From NCBI RefSeq assembly GCF_006345805.1, contig NC_043006.1:2356001-2420000 (forward strand): a DNA stretch of 64,000 nucleotides. Reading direction: 5' to 3'. Each line of letters starts with the position of its first letter. The stretch's first letter is position 1. Positions 51,246-64,000 of the stretch are shown here, piece by piece. Below the pieces are notes generated by a model. The model ran no database searches and was not told the origin of the DNA. It saw nothing but the letters and a program-made list of their open reading frames with translations. Both the position numbers and the translations under genes were made by a program. This DNA is from Octopus sinensis (Eukaryota).

Positions 51246-52234
51246 TAGGTGGAGTAATTTCATTCGTTCTGAAAATTTCTTTGTTTGAAAATTTGAAATT
51301 GGAGCCCAGAATGTGGCATCATACCATTTTGCCTTCCAGACACCAGCAGCTGCAAAAGCAGAAGGAATTACTAGAATTACTCAACACAGGTCTAAAAGGT
51401 TGTTCAACTAAAAATCACTAAATGCTGAATCTAATTAATTAAAATATACTCTGCTTAGCAAATTCTATGAACAATGTAAAAAAAAAAAATTAAAGATTAA
51501 ATTATTTTGAAACTTTAAAAAGAAAAGAAAATCTTGTTTTCTATTTTGTATTTTGTATTTATATATTTTGTATTTGTATATTTTGTATTTATATATTAGT
51601 TTATTTATTTAAAGATATTTCATTTCCCTCTGATATATTTTTAATGTTTTATTTGTTATTTTTCTCAGACTGATTCCATTTCCTGAAATATCTACTCCTA
51701 TATGCATACCTGCATGCATTGGTATTGGATGTCTTTCAAATAGAATTTTCTGGCGTGAATGAGTGAGGGAGGGAGAGAAGGAAGGAAGGAAGGAAGAGAA
51801 GGAAGGGTTCTTTCTTTCTGTCAGCAAAAATGTAACCAGTTCAAGAGACTGTCCTGTTAGATATTCTTGTTTTAGAAGGTTTGGAAATAAAAATTATTCA
51901 AAACTTTAGTCTAAAAGGAAGCAATTTTAGCAGCACTTAGTCAAGGAGGCAAATGGTTCTTGAGTCAGAAGTTCACCAAGTATACAAACCAATGTGCAGT
52001 GATATGTTGCATTGAATATAAATAAGTGAAGAAGAACAATATTAATTGCTTGTTGAGACAATCCATTTTATTTATGTATTACGATGGTTGTTACTTTATG
52101 GGAGACACAACTGCTTTGAGTTGTTTGCATACACAGCGTGTTTGTCATTGCAGAAAGCAAATTGTCTTTAGTTCCATAGTCCATTGTGTAGATAGAAAAT
52201 TTGACCATGCATGACTGCAAGAGAGAGAGAGAGG

Positions 52235-52288
<54 letters not shown>

Positions 52289-52859
52289 GGTGTCACATGG
52301 AAACCACTCACTCCAATCTGGAAGTGGTTGGCATTAGGAAGGGCATGCAGCCATAAAAAGAAAACCATGTCAAAATAGACAGTGCAACCTGGTACAGTTT
52401 TCTTATTTCTTTATTGACCACAAGGGGCTAAACATAGAGAGGACAAACAAGGACAGACAAAGGGATAAAGTCGATTACATTGATCCCAGTGCATAACTGG
52501 TACTTAATTTATCGATTCCAAAAGAATGAAGGGCAAAGTCGACCTCAGTGTAATTTGAACTCAGAATGTAATGGCAGACGAAATACCGCTAAACATTTTG
52601 CCCGGCGTGCTAACGTTTCTGCCAGCTCACCACTTTCAGAAGACTGCAACCTGATGCAGTCTTCTTGCTAGCTATCCAACTCATGACAGCATGGAAAATG
52701 GAAGCTAAAGGATAATGATGATGATATACTATGCAGCCATTATCAAAATAATTTCAAAATAATTTCAAGACTGATGAAATTGTTGACAGCTTTTGAAAAG
52801 TTTTGGTCAACCAGTTGGTATCCAAAAGTTTTTGGAATTAAAATAAATTTGTTTCCATC

Positions 52860-53400
52860 ATCCACTAATGTTATTCAATTTAACTCGAGGTGAGTAGGTT
52901 CATTCCTTGCCTTGAATAAGGAACACATTTCATTTCAGCGTCAGGCCCTACACCATCAATTCGTTCTTCAATTTGCTCTGTAATTTTCATTTTAAAGCTT
53001 ACAAACTTGATTGAAAGTAATTCTCTGTGTTGCCCAATTTGCATATCTTTCCAAATGCAGGACATTTCCCATAAATAAATGCATATTTATGACCAAAAAC
53101 TTTGCATTTAGAAAATGTCTTCCTTTTGGTTACGTAACAGACATCAACGATTTTAGGCCCTACCTCTTGAGAAATGTTGACTCTGTTAAACTTCAATATC
53201 ATTTCCTGTTTCATACATGCATTAAATGACATATTTTCCAACAGATGATGTTCCGACATCTTTGATCTATGAAATTCCATAGACTCCCATTTGTATTAAC
53301 TAATTTTTGGCCAAGCTTATCAAACCTAGAATATCAAGACTAGTTATAAGGATGATGCAAAGATTTTGCAATGGGCTTGGAGGATCCTTGATGCAGAAGA
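52860..53400 (-). mobile_element. Decayed Ty3/Gypsy gag region with zinc knuckle
   Basis: ORF 52999-53280 ends CKVFGH..CPAFGKICKLGNTENYF, resembling the gag CPAxGKxCxxCGKxNHF knuckle. Confidence 0.5.
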
Positions 53401-56400
53401 TATGTATCTAGTTGTTATAATGTGAGATCCTCGTCCACTTGTATGTTATTGTCTGAACTGTAATATTCTTGTCGCCACTATTATGTTGTGGCAGTATTCC
53501 ACATCTTCTTACCTGTGACTCGTCTATCATGCTTTTGCTGATATCTCTTCAAGACAATGACTTTGAAATGTCTACCTTGATGGTAACTCAAACTCGTATA
53601 CATCACGTAACCGACACTGACTCCATGTGTGAACTCATGTGACTCTACTACTACTGACGTCCAGCAACTGACTCTCTGACTGGTTCCCCTTCCCACTTTG
53701 TCCCATGGAAAGGGGAGTACCATTTCCCCTCACAACACAAGTTCATTTCACTCTTCTTTTAGGTTTCATATTATCCATTAGTTCCCCCCCCCCCGTATCT
53801 CACTGAAATAAATGTCCTTCAGCTAATTTGCATGGGCAATAAGTGACCCCTTCAGTTTAGCCTCACTACAAGCTTTCATCATTATCACAATCATCATCGA
53901 CATTTCAACATCCGTTTTCCCCTGCTGGCATGGCTCAAACAGAACATAATGAAGCAGTTTTTTTTATAGCTTGATGCTCTTCTTGTCACATTTGTTTCCA
54001 AGTAAGGTGCAATTCCCCCCCGCCCCCCACGTCTTTTAACAATGAACAACTCAATGGGCAAATATGGTTTTGCAGCAGATGTAAACAAATACACTTGTAT
54101 TGATGGTGTTGCTGTTTCTACAAAGTGTGCATACAGTGGGAAGACTCACATGCAGCAATTTATATACATGCATGCATAACTCTGTGTGTGTGTGTGTGTG
54201 TGTGTAGGTACAGGCTCTAAGCCTGTACCTACACACACACAAATATATTCTTTGTTTTTATAATAAAATATTATTAAAAATTGTATTGAAGAAAATGTTA
54301 AAATATTTTGTATCTTGTAAAAGTATAACAATTTATGGCACATAAACTTTAGCAACAAAATCTTATGTGGACCCCCAAGGGCCACATGGACCTCAGTTGA
54401 GGACCACTGCCATACACACCTTAAACTCATCTCTGTAAAAAGTAATTCTGGTACTTTATGCTGACAAATGTTTTGAACAGTAACTCCTTGTCTGGTGTGC
54501 TTCTTCTCTATATATCAAAGACATTTCTTTTGCTGTCTGATATAACCAATGAACTGAAACACAAAACTATTTTCCACATTCTGAATTACAAAACATTTTG
54601 CTTTTTGCTCAATATATTGTCGATGTCTATTGATTCTTCTGTACTTTATATTTGTTATACAATTTTTGTGGCCTATTTTAAGCTACATTTTTGCTCTTGT
54701 TCTTTATTTATGAATCTTATTCTCTGTGGATCTGTTGTAAACCAGAATGTTTTGTTTTCTTTTTGCATAAGTAATTTTGATATTAGTGTTACTCTTCTCG
54801 TCACCGACCTCCTCTCGTTATTATCCCTCCTCTATTCACCACTACCCGTGTTAAAATGCAAATAAAGGGGACAAAAGAAGCAACCTACAGCTTATCTATG
54901 AAATCTGACTCTAGGCTTGAAAATTGCTGGATGCACAAACATACACATACACATGCACACATGCATGCCCATAAACACATACGCATGCACGTACACACAC
55001 ATGCATACACGCATGCACACACACACACATTTCTCCCTCAGCATATTATTGAGTATTTAGGACAAGTCCATCACGTCACCTCACAGTCTATATGAATACT
55101 AGCTTTGTTATAAAAGTAGGTGGATTGTGTCATGTAGGTAAACAAATGCAACCACTTATGGAGAATTCAATTCTGCTACATTACAAAGGTGCAGGTGATG
55201 GTATGCATCTTATATCACTGTTCTTTGCTGCCTAAATTTGCTGCTGATATGAGCACAGATTTATTGGCAGAAATATCAAAAAAGTTTGAGCACTAAAACA
55301 AAAATGAACAGCTTATAAGGCTTGTATAAAGCTGCATGTTGTTGATTATACATACAGAAGGGAAAATAAATTGTAATGGGGCGAAAGAGAGATTTTTGTG
55401 TCTGGAAAATTAGTTGGAGACCAAGAGAGACATCAGCGTCATCATTATTCTTATGTTCACTTAATGAGACAAGGTTAGCACCTTTTGGTTCAAGGGGCAT
55501 GGGTATGGGTGTGTAGCTAAGAAATTTGCTTACCAACCATGTAGTTTCAGGTTCAGTTCTGCTGCATGTCACCTTGAGCTAGTGTCTTCTATTATAGCCT
55601 TGTGAATGAACTTTGTAGATGGAAACTGAAAGAAGACCATTGTATGTAAGTGTGTGTGTATATATATATATACTCTTTTACTCTTTTACTTGCTTCAGTC
55701 ATTTGACTGCGGCCATGCTGGAGCACTGCCTTTAGTCAAGCAAATCGACCCCAGGACTTATTCTTTGTAAGCCTAGTACTTATTCTATCGGTCTCTTTTG
55801 CCGATCTGCTAAGTTGCAGGGATGTAAACACACCAGCATCGGTTGTCAAGCGATGCTGGGGAGACAAATACAGACACACAAACACACACACACACATGTA
55901 TACATATACATACATACGACAGGCTTTTTTCAGTTTCTGTCTACCAAATCCACTCACAAGGCTTTGGTCGGCCCGAGGCTATAGTAGAAGACACCTGCCC
56001 AAGGTGTCACATAGTGGGACTGAACCCGGAGCCATGTGGTTGGTAAGCAAGCTACTTACCACACAGCCACTCCAATAGATAGATAGATAGATAGATAGAG
56101 TTTAAATTTACAGAAAACAAAAGAAGGTGAAGACAGGAGTAGGAACAACAAACAGGTGTATCAGTTTAACGTTCAGGTAAAATGGAAAAGTCTTTTACAT
56201 TTTGAAACTACCCTCTTCAACAGAAAGGATTAGGAAAAAAATATCACTTAGTGGTTCGGCAAAAAAGAGACCGATAGAATAAGTACTGGGCTTACAAAGA
56301 ATAAGTCCCAGGGTCGAGTTGTTCGATTAAAGGTAGTGCTCCAGCATGGCCGCAGTCAAATGACCGAAGCAAGTAAAAGAGTAAAGAGTATAGATGTATA

Positions 56401-56411
56401 TATATATATAT

Positions 56412-56735
56412 ATTTCTCTACTCCGCCAGTTACGACGACGAGGGTCCCAGCTGATACGATCAACGGAACAGCTTGCTCGTGAAATTAACGTGCAAATGGC
56501 TGAGCATTCCACAGACACGTGTACCCTTAACGTAGTTCTCGGGGATAATCAGCGTGACACAGAGAGTGAAGGCTGACCCTTTGAAATACAAGTACAACTC
56601 ATTTTTGCCAGCTGAGTGGACTGGAGCAACGTGAAATAAAGTGTCTTGCTCAAGGACACAACGCGTCGCCGGGAATCGAACTCACAACCTTACGATCATG
56701 AGCCGAATGCCCTAACACTAAGCCACGCGCCCTCA
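56412..56735 (-). mobile_element. Young, CpG-rich tRNA-headed SINE (family D head)
   Basis: GGCGCGTGGCTTAGTGTTAGGGCATTCGGCTCATGATCGTAAGGTTGTGAGTTCGATTCCCGG head; many CpGs retained. Confidence 0.85.
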
Positions 56736-57050
56736 CATATATATATATATATACACACACAAAGGTGGCTGTGATAGGTGTAGGCATGGCTGTGTGGTAA
56801 GAAGCTTGCTTCCCAACCACATGGTCTTAGGTTCAGTCCCATTGCACGGCATTTTGGGCAACTGTCTTCTACTCTAGCCTCAGGCCAAACAAATCCTTGT
56901 GAGTGGATTTGGTGGATGGAAACTGAAAGAAGCCTGTTGTGTGTATATATATACATATATATATATACATAATTTAATAAATATTATTACCATTATTAAA
57001 AATAACAATACTATAGTGGCCAGTAAGTTTAACTTAAATAGGCGAAATAT

Positions 57051-57628
57051 ACAAATAAATTAGGATACCGAAATACCAGCTTGCTAGAAATAGGAGTCAA
57101 CATTCCAAAGTCACAAATTTCTCACTGTTAAGAAAGACACAGTGAATGCAACGAATATAATAAAAATAGGCCTTACCTTTGCATAAACCAGAAAGCAAGA
57201 ACAAAAATCTTGGTCTCAAGTGATTTCACCTTTTGTGGATTAACACTTAAGGATCATCAGCCAAGCTTAGAGCGTTCATCTGTTTTTCAAAATATTCATT
57301 TCATTATATCCTGCACATTTGTTCACTTGAATGACCCCACAACATTCAAAAAGTGAATGCACATGGTGTAACGGAATGAACATTTTGAAAAACAGATGGA
57401 TACATTAAGCTTGGCTGATGATCGTTAAGTGCGCATGTGAACCAGGTGAAATCAGGTTAAATACTAAGATATCTGTTCTTGCTTTGTGGTTTATGCAAAG
57501 GTAAAGCCCATTGTTATTATATTCGTTGCATTCACCATGCGTGCTTCTTAATAGTGAGAAATTTGTGGCTTTGGAGTGTTGACTCCTATTTCTAGCAAGC
57601 TGGTATTTCAGTACCCTAATATATTTGT
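57051..57628. repeat. 578-bp diverged palindrome (old foldback element)
   Basis: Arms pair from ACAAAT..TACCAGCTTGCTAGAAATAGGAGTCAACA inward to TTGAATG-accccacaa-CATTCAA; roughly 80% identity by eye. Confidence 0.85.
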
Positions 57629-58275
57629 GCATGACTCTGTGTGTGTGTGTGTGTGTGTGTTTGTGTATATGTGCATGTGTGTGTATGCATGCATGTGTGT
57701 GTTTGTCCCCCCCCCCCCCATCACCACAAAACAACCAGTGTCCACTCAGCTGTAAATAAGCAGCCATGCCATGAACTTGCATTCTGCTCAGAGAACTGAG
57801 CCCTTTGTAAAAGGTAGAACTGAACATGTTGAAGAAAATCAGTGAAAGAAAGGACTTACTGTCGATCCTGGCCATCTAAAACCCTCAAAGACCACAACTT
57901 GTATTCGGTCTGTGTCAAGACTTGGATTATTCAGCCATCAGTGAATCCAGAATGTGGGCAACGGAGATAAACATCTTCAACAACAAAGGAGAGCCACAGG
58001 GATAGAGATGGGGAACAAAATGTCTTTAGCCCCACTTCCTCAACTCCCTATCCATTCCCCCACACCCACACCCCCATCTTACCCACCCAGTCTATCCACC
58101 AAGCTATTTAATTAATCACCGTTTAATCTCTGCACTGGATTCCCTGCCCTGATTCTCTGACAGCTCAATTATTTATCCATGCGGCCATGCAGCAACATAA
58201 TCTCATTCTCTCCTTCATACCTACTGTCTGTCTGTCTGTCCATTTGTCTGTCGTTGTGTCTGTCTGTTTGTCGGT

Positions 58276-58325
<50 letters not shown>

Positions 58326-58357
58326 ATATATATATATATATATATAAAATGTATGTG

Positions 58358-58388
<31 letters not shown>

Positions 58389-58399
58389 TGATTGCTATA

Positions 58400-58441
<42 letters not shown>

Positions 58442-58699
58442 CTTCCTTCTTTCTCCTGATCCACCAAAATGATCCAACAAGGTAGCCCCTACTCAGTCAC
58501 TCAACATGCTAAAAACAACAACCAAATCTCCCCCATATCACACCCCTTATCATTCTGGGAAAGGAAACAGCACACAGGACAATTTGTTGCAGACATATTC
58601 CTAAAATGGTCACAACTGGAACGCTTTTGACCATAGGTCTGGTCAATCGGAACTGACATCGGATATGCAACAACAAACAACAACAACAACAACATGTCT

Positions 58700-58719
58700 G
58701 TTATCTATTTTCTCATTCT

Positions 58720-58750
<31 letters not shown>

Positions 58751-58764
58751 ATATATCTATCTCC

Positions 58765-58806
<42 letters not shown>

Positions 58807-58838
58807 CTCCCTCTCTCCCTCTCTATCTATCTATCTCC

Positions 58839-58876
<38 letters not shown>

Positions 58877-58940
58877 CTCCCTCTCTCCCTCTCTCTCTCT
58901 CTCTCTCTGTCTATCTATCTCCCTCTCTCTCTCTCACTGA
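58700..58940. repeat. (CT)n/(CTAT)n higher-order microsatellite
   Basis: Repeating ctctct-atctatctatct-ccct module. Confidence 0.9.
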
Positions 58941-59499
58941 TTCAAAATAATTTTTTCTTAAGCCAATTCATCCAACAAAAAATACCCATTTATTCAACCA
59001 TTGAGCCATTGAACAATTTGAACCATTCGACCATTCAGCCATTCAACCATCTGTCACATTGTCCAGTCATCAATTCGGTCATCCAGTCACTGATCAAATC
59101 ATCTGCCTGACCCTCCTCACATCCATCAGTCCAGTCGTTCATCCAAACCTTTTCCACCCACCCATCCACCCACCCACCCATCCATCCAACCATCCAACTA
59201 AAAAAAGAATCTAACCATCCATTCAGTCAACCAACCATCCAACCATCCAACCATCCAATCGTGCACCCAACACTTCTTCTGGTTCCCACCTCGTCCATGG
59301 AGAGAAACTCATCCGTTATGTCTGCCGCCGCCCCCCCTTTCTGCACAGCATTGCAGCCACCACTGCCACTCCTCCACCTCTCCCTCCCCCCCAAATGAAT
59401 ATCTACTCAATCTTATCAGCCGCCCAATCCCTGCCTTCACCTAATCATTATGCATGCATGTGCAGTTAGGTAGCTTTATACATGCATGAGCTATGCATT

Positions 59500-59785
59500 T
59501 GTGAGGGTGGTGGTGGAAGGTGGTGGTGGTGGTGGCGGTGGTGGTGGCGGTGGTGGCGGCGGTGGTGGAAGGTGTTGGTGGTGGTGAAAGGAGGTGGTGG
59601 TGGAAGGTGGTGGTGGTGGTGGCGGTGGTGGCGGCGGTGGTGGAAGGTGGTGGTGGTGGTGGAAGGAGGTGGTGGTGGAAGGTGGTGGAAGGTGGTGGTG
59701 GTGGTGGTGGAAGGTGGTGGCAGCGGCGGCAGTGTTGTTGTTGTTGTTGTTGGTAGTGGTGGTGGTGGTGGTGGTGGTGGTGGCA
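59500..59785. repeat. (GGT)n/(GGC)n triplet tract
   Basis: Direct inspection; source of the poly-P/H/G/W ORFs at 59441-60242. Confidence 0.92.
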
Positions 59786-60244
59786 TGTCGACAATGAAGA
59801 GATAGTAGGAGTAGGAGGTTTGTAAATATGATTGAGGAGGAGACAGAAATAAATAAACAACAACAACAACAACAACAAAAGGTGAAATAATAAATAATAA
59901 ATAAATACATAAACAAAAGCTGAAAGACAAATAAATAAAAAGGAATTGCAAAATAAACAATAAATAACGAAAAACAAATCTAAAACAAATAAAATAAATG
60001 ACTATAAAAAAAATATATAAAAACAAAAATATAGGAAAAAGAACAGACAGACAGACAGACAAACGAAGAAATAAATATAAAATGAATAAATAAACAAATA
60101 AATACTGAAGAAAACAAAAAATACAAAAATGCATATACAGAGACAAACAGACAGAAATTATATGTGTATATAAATATATAAGCAAAAATGCTTGTTCTAA
60201 AATCTCTCTAAGAGATCGACACAGCAGTTGTGCTACAGACATTT

Positions 60245-60283
<39 letters not shown>

Positions 60284-62248
60284 TATACAGAGAGAGAGAG
60301 GAGGGGGGAGACAGAGAGATTGATAAATAGATATATACTTACATACGTACATACATATGCTACACATACGTGTATGTGTGTATATGTATATCTATATGTA
60401 TATGTATATTATATATATATATATTATATTATAGATATACATACATATACACACACACACACACACATACATATGGGTGTGTGTGCACACACAACATAAA
60501 TACATTTATATATAAGTCCATATATATGTACATACATATAAGACATATATTTATATAGTATAATATATACTATGATATTATATATATTTTATATATATTA
60601 TATATATATATATATATAAACACACACACACACACACACATATATATATGTATATAAACGCATATATGTAAATTGTTGAATATGTGCAGCTTTATAATGC
60701 AAGATGTGTGTAAAGAGCATAGCTTGCTATGTATGGCTGACAAAAATGTTGAGTAGGATTCAGAATTGAAAAATTAAAAACACATTAACACTGTTGAAAT
60801 CTTTTTATAAATTGCTCAAACAGCAACTTACTGTAAGGAGGACAATAATGGACACTTGACTCCAGGGACTGCTTTTTTTTTTTATTTATTATTATTATTA
60901 TCATTATTATTATTATCATGCTTGTCCCTTAAGGAGGCAAGCTGGCAGAATCGTTAGCATGCTGGATGACATGCTTAGCAGTATTTCGTCTGCCGCTACG
61001 TTCTGAGATCAAATTCCGCCAAGGTCGACTTGGCCTTCCATCCTTTTGGGGTGGATTAAATAAGTACCAGTTATGCACTGAGGTTGATGAAATTAACTTA
61101 ATCCCTTCCCCCAAATTTGAGGCCTTATGCTCTACATGCTCTCCCCGCTCTACGTGCAGGTGAGGGTGTGGTTGTTACTTTCTGTTGCTTCCTTTCTGTT
61201 TCTGTTTATGGCCACATTCTTCCTCTTTATTTCTGGTAGTTTATGATATCTCTTCCCTGTCACAATCTTAGAAGACTTCTCTACTCGTAGAACACGGGTT
61301 CTGCACAACTTCCCTTTTCACACGTAACAAAGTACTGGTCAAAGCAGCCCTCGACTTACCCTTATCTGCCCTCAACTGGACAGAAATGCATCAGGGCTGG
61401 TACCGCATAAAAAGCACCGGTGATGGTGCCACATAAAATGCACTGGTTATGGTACCACGTAACAAGCACTGGTGCTGGTACCACGTACAAGGTAGTGATG
61501 ATGGTACCAAGTAGAAAGCACTGGTGATGGTACCAAATAGAAAGCACCCTGTACACACTGTAAAGTGGTTGGCATTAGGAAGGGCACCCAGCCTATAGAA
61601 ACCAAGCCAAAACAGACTATGGAGCCTGGTACGGACGCTGGTCTTGCCAGTTCCTATCGAACCGTCCAACCCTTGGCAGCATGGGAAACGGACATCAAAT
61701 GATGATGATGATGATGATGATTTTTATGCATGTGCATCCTTGCTTACGTGATTATGATTGCCATGAAATCCAATAATGACCAACACATCTATAATATTTA
61801 CACATGCACACATGTACATACACATGCATGCACCTCTTACATACATACACATATATATGCACACATGCACCTATGTGTGCATATATATATAGACACATAC
61901 GCACACATACATATATGCACGTATATATGCACCTATACGCATATATGTGTATACACAGACACACTTCTGTGCATAAACACATACACATAGTTATGTGCAC
62001 ACACACACACACACACACACACACTGAAATATGCATGCACACATACATGGACTTACTAGCAAGAACACATACATGCACAAACCAAGGTGCAAAGGCCTTC
62101 ATCCACATGGGTGCAGACATGCATGTAATTACACACACACACACACACATAAATCCATACACCCACACAAACACATACACGAACACACACACACACATAC
62201 ATACAAGCAAACACACACACACACACACGCATATTTTCTTCTTTTTAG

Positions 62249-62296
62249 CCATCCATACTGCCCACCACAAAGGCCCTCTTGATGCTGTCACCTGGC
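62249..62296 (+). CDS. Candidate 48-nt exon (IHTAHHKGPLDAVTW or PSILPTTKALLMLSPG)
   Basis: Textbook acceptor ttttcttctttttag| and donor |gtaagt; length a multiple of 3; two open frames. Linkage to the upstream exons not shown. Confidence 0.4.
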
Positions 62297-62394
62297 GTAA
62301 GTGCTTCGGGGGCTGCATGTTGTTGTGCATGTGCAGCACAAGCACACACACACACATACACACACATGCATTGCCTTATAAGTGTCTCACAACA

Positions 62395-62830
62395 ACAACA
62401 AAAACAACAGCGAGCCAACAAAAAAGCCTCTACACTGTCGCTTGCCATGCTAGAAATAGTAGCCAAATCTCCCTCAGATTACATCTTGCTATCTTAAAGA
62501 AGGATACATTGGATGACATAGTGCATGATACATAAAATGATATGATGGTCAAGGCTGGAACGTCTTTGACCACACATTCTGCTTGATCAGAACTGACCGG
62601 AGTTTAAATCTATGACAATACCAAAATAATAGTGGCAACATCAAACCAACAAGAAAGCCTCTACATGGTCACTTGCTCTGCTAGAAATACTAACCAAATC
62701 TCCCTCAGATTACATCTTACTATTTTAAAGAATGATGTCATGCCTGATATACAAAAAGATGTGACAGTCACAGCTGGGATGTCTTTGATTGTATGTTTTG
62801 CTTCATCAGAACTGAGCCTGTGTTTAAACA
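62395..62830. repeat. Two tandem copies of a ~220-bp dispersed repeat
   Basis: aagcctctaca..ctagaaata.ta.ccaaatctccctcagattacatctt at ~62425 and ~62655; related pieces at 58500-58670, 24790-24900 and 31190-31350. Confidence 0.7.
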
Positions 62831-62986
62831 ACAATGCATGAGCGAAAAGAGCAAAGAAAATATACAAAAACAAAGAAAAACAAATACGTAAAAGAAAAAT
62901 TGACAAATAAAAAGGAAAGAGAAAGAGAGAGCGAAAGCAAGGAGATGAGAGAGAGGAGAGAGAGAGAGAGAGAGAGAGAGCAAGGA

Positions 62987-63023
<37 letters not shown>

Positions 63024-63519
63024 TTATTGGATGTGGAAAGAGAATAACAACCACAAAGGTGTGGACTCTGATACAGATGAAAAATAATTTCAGTTATTTC
63101 ATTTCTGGAGAAAGAAATGGAGAGAGAGGGGGAGAGCAGGAGGAAAGAGAAGAGGAGCAAGAGAGGAAAGGAAGAAATAGAAAAAAGAAGAGAGATAGGG
63201 AGAGAGAGAGAATTATTCTTGGCTTTTGACTGTGTTTTTGTGTTTTTATGACATAGCAACAGTGATGTATTCCCAAATTATGTGCTGTGACCTAGCAACA
63301 AGGATATGATACCACTCTGCAACTAACGGCTTATGTGACAGACAGGTTAACAATGAAGTGTTAATGTGCAAACACACACACACACACATATATGCACTTA
63401 CATACATACATAAATATATACTTGCACGCATGTACATATACATACATTTATAATACATTCATACATTCATACACACATACATAAACACATACTCACATGC
63501 ATGCACATATATATACACG

Positions 63520-63553
<34 letters not shown>

Positions 63554-64000
63554 GTTTATCTTTTGCTTGTTTCAGTCATTGAACTGTGACCATGCTGGGG
63601 CACCACCTTGAAGGGTTTAGCCGAACAAATCACCCCCCACCTCAGTATTTATTTTTTAAGCCTGGTGCTTATTCTATCAATCTCTTTTGCTAGATTGCTA
63701 AGTTACAGGGATATAAACAAGCCAAAACCAGTTGCCACATGGTGATGCAGAACAAAACGCATGCACTGAAACACACGCATGTATACGTATGTACAATGGG
63801 CTTCATTCAGTTTCCCTCTACCAAATCCCCTCGCAAGGCTTTGCTCAGAAGACACTTGCCCAAAGTGCCATGCAGGACCGGATTAAAACCCATCAAGGCC
63901 CTAAGCACTTAAAAGATTTTGGTACCACCATAAACGATTATACAATTCAAAATATACACAAAAACAAACCAGGAAATAATTTTGTTTTTTTCAAAACGAA

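Noticed and set aside
51338-51421. Acceptor ttgccttccag| followed by HQQLQKQKELLELLNT
   Set aside because: Joining to 27394 would create TGA, and the donor is weak; possibly real with unseen intervening exons but unsupported.
56690-56735. tRNA-like cloverleaf heads (also ~260-333, ~1210-1283, ~23872-23940)
   Set aside because: Each continues directly into a SINE body and lacks a proper acceptor stem; SINE heads, not tRNA genes.
57760-57950. Apparent minus-strand exon ending at a gtaagt donor
   Set aside because: The plus strand reads CIRSVSRLGLFSHQ*, typical of an RTE-type LINE C-terminus, so it is more likely a retroelement relic.
59441-60242. Pro/His/Gly/Trp-rich ORFs up to 258 aa
   Set aside because: Produced by the (GGT)n triplet tract and an A-rich flank; open on both strands; no splice or domain support.

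Overview
Repeat-saturated, AT-rich eukaryotic DNA. Its SINE, RTE and microsatellite landscape looks like an octopus (coleoid cephalopod) genome; this is an inference, no database was searched. Almost all ORFs in the supplied track are microsatellite or TE artefacts. The window is mostly intronic. Four small + strand exons chain with compatible splice phases (2084-2133, 12209-12278, 17090-17244, 27320-27394) into a 116-codon open peptide that tentatively resembles the middle region of GREB1/GREB1L; the first exon has a near-identical duplicate at the window start. The rest is layered mobile DNA: four tRNA-headed SINE families, many 5'-truncated RTE LINE ends, an R4/Dong LINE relic with a SINE and a full-length mariner nested in it, further mariner/Tc1/maT/pogo-like relics, Penelope-like (PLE) fragments, a Gypsy gag relic, several foldback elements and a lone 5S rRNA copy. 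The most unusual signal is six minimal, dimer-type hammerhead-ribozyme folds, all on the - strand, from three PLE-type terminal repeat families. One has a compensatory G3:C8 swap of the conserved core tertiary pair (29955-30005) and one has U at core position 6 (40866-40903). There is also a 563-bp almost perfect palindrome (39351-39913).
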